In this document: piece by piece, positions 57,466 to 64,000 of the stretch
How the letters are laid out: the number at the start of each line of letters is the position of its first letter
How positions within the stretch are numbered: the first letter of the stretch is position 1
Assembly (NCBI GenBank): GCA_963749155.1
Contig: CAVVLO010000002.1
Coordinates: forward strand, 384,001 to 448,000
DNA length: 64,000 nt
Direction of reading: 5' to 3'
DNA from: an uncultured Armatimonadia bacterium
GTDB taxonomy: Bacteria; Armatimonadota; Zipacnadia; CAVVLO01
Notes under the pieces: generated by a model
Seen by the model: the letters and a program-made list of their open reading frames with translations, nothing else
Databases searched by the model: none
Told to the model about the DNA's origin: nothing
Position numbers and translations under genes: made by a program

Positions 57466-58566
57466 TCAGGCGTCCAAAGTGCCTGGCCGCAAGCCAAGAG
57501 GCAGCATCGCGGGCCGAGCGCAAGTCGTGGTGAGTTTTACATACTGGCTCGAAGCCGACGCCTCGTGAATAGCATGCATTATGTCCAGCACATGCAGTGC
57601 CAGATCGCCACTTGCGCGGTGAGGCCGGCCGCTTCTGATTGCATAAGCCATATCCGCAACGCCAGTGCTGCGGCTGATGTCGGCATAGCCATGCGTAAGC
57701 GGTACTTCCATCCAGCCAGCCCCAGGCTTCAAAACGCGCACAGGCCCGCCTGGGCCGTTAGGATCGGGCACAGACAGGCAACCGCGAGTGCCGTAGATCT
57801 CAATACGCGGTAGTTCGGCGCCCCATACATCGAAGCTGGTGATGATATTGCCGATGGCGCCACTTGCGAAATCCAGCACGCCAGTGACATGCGTCGGAAC
57901 TTCGACTTCGACCTGATTGCCATACTTGGGCTGGCTTGTGATGGTGCGGAACGGCTCGCTGATGCGCGCCGAACCACATACCCGCTTTGCCGGGCCCAGC
58001 AGATTCACCAGCGCGGTCAGATAATACGGGCCCATATCGAACATCGGTCCGCCGCCGACCTTGTAGTAGAACTCCGGATCCGGATGCCAGCTCTCGTGGC
58101 CATGGCACATCATAAAGGCCGTCGCGCCAATTGGCTCGCCAATCCAGCCATCATCCAGCAGCTTGCGGCAGGTCTGATGGCCCCCGCCCAGGAAGGTATC
58201 CGGCGCGCAGCCGACCAGTACGCCTTTTGCCTTCGCGGCGGCGACCAGTTGGATGCCTTCTTCGCGCTTCACGCAGAGGGGTTTCTCGTTCCAGACGCTC
58301 TTGCCGGCCTCGACGCACTGCATCGCGACCTCGAAGTGGGCCTGGGGGATAGTGATGTTGATGACCAGTTCGATGCTCTTGTCAGCCAGCAGTTCTGCCA
58401 CAGTGCAAGTGCGCGGCACATTGAACTCGGCTGCCCGGGCCTCGGCCCGCTCGGGAAGCAGGTCTGCACAAGCCACAATATCCAGTATCTCGAACAAGGG
58501 GCACTGTCTGAGATAAGCCGGGCTGATGTTGCCACAACCGATTACGCCAACTTTCACTTTGTCCAT
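57466..58566 (-). CDS. Gfo/Idh/MocA oxidoreductase, copy A
   Basis: Same motifs; same length (366 aa) as copy B. Confidence 0.93.
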   Translation of the reverse strand: MDKVKVGVIGCGNISPAYLRQCPLFEILDIVACADLLPERAEARAAEFNVPRTCTVAELLADKSIELVINITIPQAHFEVAMQCVEAGKSVWNEKPLCVKREEGIQLVAAAKAKGVLVGCAPDTFLGGGHQTCRKLLDDGWIGEPIGATAFMMCHGHESWHPDPEFYYKVGGGPMFDMGPYYLTALVNLLGPAKRVCGSARISEPFRTITSQPKYGNQVEVEVPTHVTGVLDFASGAIGNIITSFDVWGAELPRIEIYGTRGCLSVPDPNGPGGPVRVLKPGAGWMEVPLTHGYADISRSTGVADMAYAIRSGRPHRASGDLALHVLDIMHAIHEASASSQYVKLTTTCARPAMLPLGLRPGTLDA

Positions 58567-58643
58567 CTGATTCGCTCCTTTTCAATAAAGCGCCGCCGAG
58601 CAAAGCCCGGCGGCGATTCGTCCTGATGGTCAGCTTGCGCCGC

Positions 58644-59288
58644 TTACCGGGCCGCCCAGAGCATCCCCCGCTGCGCGATAGTCAGCGCTTCGGGCACCTC
58701 GAAGTCCTTTGCGACATGGCCGAGTGAAGTGTAGAAGACCTTCCCCTCGCCATACTTGCGCTTCCAGGCGGCTGGCATAACAGTACCTGCTATCCAGGGG
58801 GCATGCTCCCCACTGAAAGTGGTCGTTGCCAATACTTCGTTGCCTGGATCGGTGTGCAGGTAGTATTGTTCTGATTCCATCGCAAAGCTGCCCAGCCCCG
58901 CCACTATCGGATCCTCAGGCTTGGCGATATCCACCGTATACTTCACGATACCGCCTGGATGCGCCACCCACTGGCCACCGACCATCCACTGGTACTCGGT
59001 GTTCATCCGGAAGGCGTCGCCCATCCCGCCATGCCAGCCAGCGATGCCTACGCCACTACGAACGGCGTTCAGCAGCCCGGCCTCCTGCTCGCCAGAGATT
59101 TGCCCCATCGTCCAGCAGGGCACCACCAGGCTGAGATTCATCATGTAATCCGTTTCGAGATAGACATCCATTGTGGCTTCATAGCGCACCTCGAACCCTT
59201 GCTCTTTCAGAAAGGGCACGAACAGTGCCGTCGACTGCTGCGGCTCATGACCATCCCAGCCGCCCCATACAACCAGTGCCTGCTTCAT
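58644..59288 (-). CDS. ThuA-like domain protein
   Basis: ALVVWGGWDGHEP, GWHGG..DAFR, EQYYLH, GKVFYTSLGH. ATG at 59288. Confidence 0.88.
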   Translation of the reverse strand: MKQALVVWGGWDGHEPQQSTALFVPFLKEQGFEVRYEATMDVYLETDYMMNLSLVVPCWTMGQISGEQEAGLLNAVRSGVGIAGWHGGMGDAFRMNTEYQWMVGGQWVAHPGGIVKYTVDIAKPEDPIVAGLGSFAMESEQYYLHTDPGNEVLATTTFSGEHAPWIAGTVMPAAWKRKYGEGKVFYTSLGHVAKDFEVPEALTIAQRGMLWAAR

Positions 59289-59351
59289 TGCTACGCCTCC
59301 CAGCGCGTTGTGCTTGGTTCTTGCAAGGGAAGTAGATCTTCCCAATTCTGC

Positions 59352-60116
59352 CTATAACTCAAGTTCAAGTCCTACCGGGCAATGATCCGAGCCCATCACT
59401 TCCTCTTCAATCCAGGCCCTCTTCACTTTAGGTGTCAGATTCTCACTTACAAAGAAATAATCCAGCCGCCAGCCGACGTTCCGCTCGCGGGCGCGGGTCT
59501 TCATATCCCACCAGGAATACCGCCCTCCCCCTTCCTCGAACAGCCGGAAGGTGTCCACGAAGCCTGCCCCTACCAGCTTGTCCAGCCAGGCGCGTTCCTC
59601 GGGCAGGAAACCTGAGGTCTTGACGTTCTCCTTCGGGCGCGCCAGGTCTCGCTCCTGATGGGCGGTGTTGACATCGCCGCATACAACCACTGCCCGACCG
59701 GCCTCTTTCAAATCAAGCAAGTGGTCGAGGTAAAAATCATAAAACTCCAGCTTGTATGCCAGCCGTTCTCTCGACATCCCGCCGTTAGGAAAGTAAGTAG
59801 TCAGCAGCACGAAGTCGCCGAAATCAGCCTCCAGCACGCGCCCTTCACGGTCGAACTTGTAGTCGCCAAGTTCGCGTTTTACCGACTGGGGCTGGAGCCG
59901 GCTCAGAAGACCTACTCCCGAATAGCCTTTACGCTCTCCAGCGGCAAGCCAGGTAGTGTAGCCTTCCAGGCTACTCAAAGCCTCAGGCAACTGGTCAGGC
60001 TGAAGTTTTGTCTCCTGCAGGCAAACGATGTCAGGTTGGCTGGTCTCCAGCCACTCCAGGAAGCCCTTGCCCAGCATCGCGCGCAAGCCATTTACATTCC
60101 AGGAATAAAGTCGCAT
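59352..60116 (-). CDS. xth: Exodeoxyribonuclease III
   Basis: SWNVNGLRA, LQETK, GDVNTAH, GWRLDYF, GSDHCP. Confidence 0.95.
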   Translation of the reverse strand: MRLYSWNVNGLRAMLGKGFLEWLETSQPDIVCLQETKLQPDQLPEALSSLEGYTTWLAAGERKGYSGVGLLSRLQPQSVKRELGDYKFDREGRVLEADFGDFVLLTTYFPNGGMSRERLAYKLEFYDFYLDHLLDLKEAGRAVVVCGDVNTAHQERDLARPKENVKTSGFLPEERAWLDKLVGAGFVDTFRLFEEGGGRYSWWDMKTRARERNVGWRLDYFFVSENLTPKVKRAWIEEEVMGSDHCPVGLELEL

Positions 60117-60119
60117 CCG

Positions 60120-60890
60120 CTAACCCGCGCCGTCGCTTGACGGCTCCTCTTCGGAGAAACCTCTCACCCGTTTTACACGCTCTTTCACAAGGTCCTCGGA
60201 GGCCAGATACTGATGCCCTACCATACGCAGCTGATCGTCCAGTTCATAGGCTAGCGGGATGCCTGTCGGGATATTGAGTTCTACGACCCCCTGCTCGGGC
60301 AGTTGCTGGACATAACTAACAAGTGCCCTGAGGCTGTTGCCATGGGCGACTACCAGCACTCTCTTGCCTTCTCTCAGCTTGGGAGCGATTGTACCTTCCC
60401 AGAAGGGGATGATACGCGCCACGGTGTCAGCCAGGCTCTCGGTCAAGGGCAGCAGATCCTGCATAACGCCCTTATATTTGGTGTCGAAACCGGGGAAGCG
60501 TGGATCCTCCCTGTCCAGAACCGGCGGCCGGGTGCGATAGCTGCGCCGCCAAAGGTGAACCTGCTCCTCGCCATAACGCTCGGCGGTCTCCTGCTTGCCC
60601 AGGCCCTGCAAAGCGCCGTAATGGCGCTCGTTCAGCCGCCAGTTGCAGTATTGCTGCAGCCACATATGATCCATTGCCTCAAGAGTTAGCCACAGCGTCT
60701 TTATCGCTCGTCTCAGCACCGAAGTGTAGGCGATGTCGAAGTCTAGCGAGTGGTCGCGCAGGGCGACGCCGGCCTCTTCGGCCTCCTGCCTGCCGCGGTC
60801 GGACAAGTCGACATCGGTCCACCCGGTGAACCGGTTCTCCTTGTTCCATTCACTCTCGCCATGCCTTAACAATACCAGGCTATGTCGCAC
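60120..60890 (-). CDS. gpmA: 2,3-BPG-dependent phosphoglycerate mutase
   Basis: [37 protein letters not shown]. Confidence 0.96.
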   Translation of the reverse strand: MRHSLVLLRHGESEWNKENRFTGWTDVDLSDRGRQEAEEAGVALRDHSLDFDIAYTSVLRRAIKTLWLTLEAMDHMWLQQYCNWRLNERHYGALQGLGKQETAERYGEEQVHLWRRSYRTRPPVLDREDPRFPGFDTKYKGVMQDLLPLTESLADTVARIIPFWEGTIAPKLREGKRVLVVAHGNSLRALVSYVQQLPEQGVVELNIPTGIPLAYELDDQLRMVGHQYLASEDLVKERVKRVRGFSEEEPSSDGAG

Positions 60891-60986
60891 CTACAACCTC
60901 TCCTTTCCCCCCAGAGAAAGCTCCTTCTGTCTTATTGCCACTGTACTAGTTCGCCCCCGCTTTGCCAATACCACCAGAAAGCCAGC

Positions 60987-62121
60987 TTACGAGTACCACC
61001 CGAGCAATCCGGCCAGCTTGCGCGCATAATCTACGAAATTGGGCCAGGAGATGTCTGAAGGCACCCCGTGGTCACAGCTCGGGAGGAAACCTCCCTGGGC
61101 CAGCAGCGGTGGTATCACCCGCCCAAGCTCTGCGTCAAGGACCTCCCCGCCCTTGGCGATAGCGCGTTTGTCGATACCCCCCACATAGCCCATCTTGCGC
61201 CCGAACTGCTCCCTGAAGGCCACGATGTCGTTGTGCGCCGCTACCTCCATCGGGCTGCAGACGTTGATGCCGGCCTCAATCCAGAGGGGGATAAGTTCTC
61301 CAATGAAGCCGTCCGAGTCCATATCCACGACCTGGCCACCCCTGTCCATCACTAGCTCGGTCCACTCGCGCCAACTGGGCAGCAGGAAGCGCCTCGCCAT
61401 AGCCGGCGAGATCATCGAGTGCGCTTTGTAAGCCATATCCTCGCTGATGCCCAGCCTGTCAATCGGGATCTGACAGGTGATGCGCTCAAGCAGTGCAAGC
61501 ACGAAGTCCTTCCAGAAAGCGGGCCATCTCGTCCACGAACTCCGGCTGCTCGATGCACAGTCCGCAAAGGCCCTCGAAGCCGCACCATTCGCGCATCTGC
61601 CAGAAAGGCCCGTTAATCTGGGTGCTGACCAGCAACTGGCTTCGGTCCACCGCTGCGCAGCGCGCCTCGAAGTCCTCAACGAAGCGCCCTGGCGCATCCA
61701 GCTTGTAACGCTCCTTCATCGCTTCCCAGTCGTCCCGGTTCTGCACGGGAAACCGGTGCCACTTGCGCGTCACGAAGTCCTTGGCGCTACGGATATAGGT
61801 GTAATCGAAGCAGTCCGATATCTCGGTAACGGCGCCCATCCAGTCGCGGACGATGTAGTGACCGTCCCGGTGGTCCAGCACCTGCTCTTCGAACTGGGGG
61901 ATCATCCGGGGATCTACCGGCACCCCCCAGTTGCCGCCCGCAAGCGGCTCCAGTTCCATCAGGCGCCAGAGCTCGGAATTCCAGTTGGCTCCCTCGGCAA
62001 GCCCCTGCGTATACCAGGCAGCCAGCGTGGACTCACGCGGCCCCCCAGGTTGCAAGGGGATGCGCTCAGGCCTCCCGAAAGTCATCGTCTCCAGATAGCA
62101 GTCGCGGTAGCCAGCTGCCAT
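60987..62121 (-). CDS. UroD/MtaA-family protein (apparent +1 base at about 61516-61523)
   Basis: PERIP, GPFWQMREW.G, SEDMAYK, DSDG, PMEVAA, GGFLPSCDHGVP. Removing one base joins the two frames (about 377 aa). Confidence 0.82.
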
Positions 62122-62129
62122 ATATTCTC

Positions 62130-63203
62130 CTAGTCGTAGCTGCCGAGTTCCTTCGCCAGGTCTACAAAGCGGCGGAAGTCCTCGAGGCTCACGCTGTCCG
62201 GCACCGAGTGGTCGGAGGAGAAGATATATCCGCCGTTCTCCTTGAGCGCGGGCAGCAGGCGGCGCATCTCGGCCTCCATCTGGTCCATATGGTCGTACAG
62301 CACTGCGTTCATCCCGCCGTGCAGCACCAGTTTGTCGCCCCACTCGCGCTTCAGCTTCAGCGGATCCATCCCGGCCTTCACTTCCAGCGGATTGAGCGCG
62401 TCCAGGCCTATCTCCAGCAGGTCCGGCAGCAGTGGTTCCACATACCCGCAGGAATGGAGATGGGCATACATCCCGTGGGAGTGAGCCCATTCGATGGCGC
62501 GCGCCTGCACAGGCTTCAACAGTTCCCGATAGGTCTTCAAAGAGAAGAAAGTATGTTGCTTGTAGCCCATATCGTCGCACCAGAAAATGGAGTCGAACTT
62601 GTAGCCTGCATCAATTATCTGATCCCACAGGTCTATGCAGGTGTCGAGGTAGTGGTTGAAGATATCGAAACACCATTCGGGATCCTCGACCATCGCCATC
62701 AGCAGGCGTTCTGTACCGACTGTCCAGGAATGGGTGACATCGAAGCCAAACCAGAAATGCCCAACCTTCCAGTGGCCTTCTTTCATCCAGACTGGGTAAG
62801 CGGCTTTCAGGCCAGCCCAGTCGACCCGGTCGGGCGAGGCGGTCATCCGCGCCTTGGCCTCGGCCCAGCTCGGGCGGTCTTTGATAGTGAAATCCAGGAA
62901 CTGGGGCGTCGAGGCGGCGTGCTTCCAGGTCTTCATCGTGACCCCGTAAGCGCTCTTGGAGATGACATAGTCGTCGGTTTCTTCAACCACGCCCCCCGGA
63001 TAACGAGGGCTTATGTCTACGCCCAGGCCGGCCATCTTGTCCAACCCGAAGAAATTCTCGTAACCGACCTCGGCGGGCATCCCCTCCCGCTGCCAACGCT
63101 CTATAGTGCTGCCCCAGGGGCCATCAATGATGGGCACCCGGTCGGCGTCTTTATGCTCGAACATCCGCTTGAAGCGTTCGTAACTGGTAAGCTCGGTTGC
63201 CAT
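62130..63203 (-). CDS. UroD/MtaA-family protein
   Basis: TSYERF..ADRVP, DDMGYK, HLHSCG, NPLEVKAGMD, GGYIFSSDHSVP. ATG at 63203. Confidence 0.9.
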   Translation of the reverse strand: MATELTSYERFKRMFEHKDADRVPIIDGPWGSTIERWQREGMPAEVGYENFFGLDKMAGLGVDISPRYPGGVVEETDDYVISKSAYGVTMKTWKHAASTPQFLDFTIKDRPSWAEAKARMTASPDRVDWAGLKAAYPVWMKEGHWKVGHFWFGFDVTHSWTVGTERLLMAMVEDPEWCFDIFNHYLDTCIDLWDQIIDAGYKFDSIFWCDDMGYKQHTFFSLKTYRELLKPVQARAIEWAHSHGMYAHLHSCGYVEPLLPDLLEIGLDALNPLEVKAGMDPLKLKREWGDKLVLHGGMNAVLYDHMDQMEAEMRRLLPALKENGGYIFSSDHSVPDSVSLEDFRRFVDLAKELGSYD

Positions 63204-63330
63204 AGGGCTACCTCCTGTGGTTTCACTGGCCCATATTTCGCCCTGCAAGCCTTCTTCCTGCACCGGCAGGAGAGCGACCAAGGCCGCGTAATACTGCCGC
63301 AGTAAACTCAAAGAGACAAGAGGGAAGAAA

Positions 63331-64000
63331 ATGAGCGAATTCGAGACCGCTTATCAACACTTGCTGGAATATGCTTTGTCTATTCCCACTGTGGACACCC
63401 ACGAGCATCTGCCCGCCGAGGCGATGCGACTCGGGTACCCGGTCGATTTCACCACGCTGTTTAGTCACTATTGCCGGGGCGACCTGCAGGCCGCTGGGAT
63501 GCCGCCCGCCGACTTGCAGGCCCTGTATGACCAGGCAACTCCCCTGGACAAGAAATGGGCTCTCTTCGAGCCCTGGTATGACCTCATCCAGGACGGCAGC
63601 TATGCGCGCGCAGCGCATATCGCAATGGCGCGTTTCTACGGCTGCGAGCGCCTGACCAGCCTGGCCGACGCCGAGGCAGTATCAGAAGCCCTCCAGGCGA
63701 ACAATACGCCTGGCCTCTACCGCCGCGTCCTGAAGGAAGCCTGTGGCATCGTAAAATCTATGAACTTCGGCTCACTGGACGATGATCCAGAATACTTCGC
63801 GCCTGTCATCAATATCAATCACTACGCCGAAGCCTCGCCGCAGACGTTGAAGGGGCTGGAAGCCAAATATAATCGCGACCTGGCGCGCCTCGACCTTTAC
63901 CTTGAAGCCCTCCACGCCGACCTGGTCGAGTTCAAGGGCAAGGGGATGAAGGGCATCAAGACCCACTGCGCCTATATGCGCGACCTCCACTTCGCCCCGC
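63331..64000 (+). CDS. Amidohydrolase-family protein (partial; runs off window end)
   Basis: Hand-translated MSEFETAYQHLLEYALSIPTVDTHEHL...HY..GDL.AAG, with a DxHxH metal motif. Not in the ORF track because no stop occurs in the window. Confidence 0.8.
   Translation, partial: MSEFETAYQHLLEYALSIPTVDTHEHLPAEAMRLGYPVDFTTLFSHYCRGDLQAAGMPPADLQALYDQATPLDKKWALFEPWYDLIQDGSYARAAHIAMARFYGCERLTSLADAEAVSEALQANNTPGLYRRVLKEACGIVKSMNFGSLDDDPEYFAPVININHYAEASPQTLKGLEAKYNRDLARLDLYLEALHADLVEFKGKGMKGIKTHCAYMRDLHFAP

Overview
Bacterial chromosomal window. FlgH/FlgI L- and P-ring genes indicate a diderm. The lineage cannot be fixed from sequence alone. The gene set mixes Firmicutes/Spirochaete-type elements (CsrA-FliW, FlbD, YlxF/MotE-like, TIGR02530-like) with sigma54 control. 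Bases 1-33.4 kb are one minus-strand flagellar cluster, in transcription order: flgM, flgF-G-A-H-I-J, flgN-K-L-fliW-csrA, fliC-flaG-fliD, fliS, a degenerate HD-GYP gene, fliT-like-flgB-C-fliE-F-G-H-I-J-motE-like-fliK-flgD-TIGR02530-like-flgE-flbD-motA-like-fliL, fliM, fliN (partial). Five sigma28-type and two near-identical sigma54-type promoters are readable. Unusual points: (i) a covarying GG-bulged RNA hairpin repeated in the leaders of flgE and flgG, next to an uncharacterised TIGR02530-like protein (candidate post-transcriptional system); (ii) a 1646-aa FliD with at least six tandem ~100-aa repeats, plus an enlarged flagellin and FlgL; (iii) a strongly degenerate MotA with no motB; (iv) a pseudo-HD-GYP protein in the sigma28 fliS unit; (v) distal rod and ring genes behind a sigma28 promoter. 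Bases 33.5-64 kb hold housekeeping and carbohydrate genes: three UroD/MtaA-family, DedA, PHP, CCA-adding enzyme, methyltransferase, nitroreductase, a large clan GH-A hydrolase, Zn-ADH, GH106-like, DUF711/ACT, dprA, fucose-isomerase-like, KimA-like permease, EEP, two tandem Gfo/Idh/MocA plus ThuA, xth, gpmA and a partial amidohydrolase. Four genes (fliK, cca, GH106-like, one UroD) are each split by what looks like a single extra base in a short homopolymer, probably assembly errors. No tRNA, rRNA, CRISPR array or IS was recognised.
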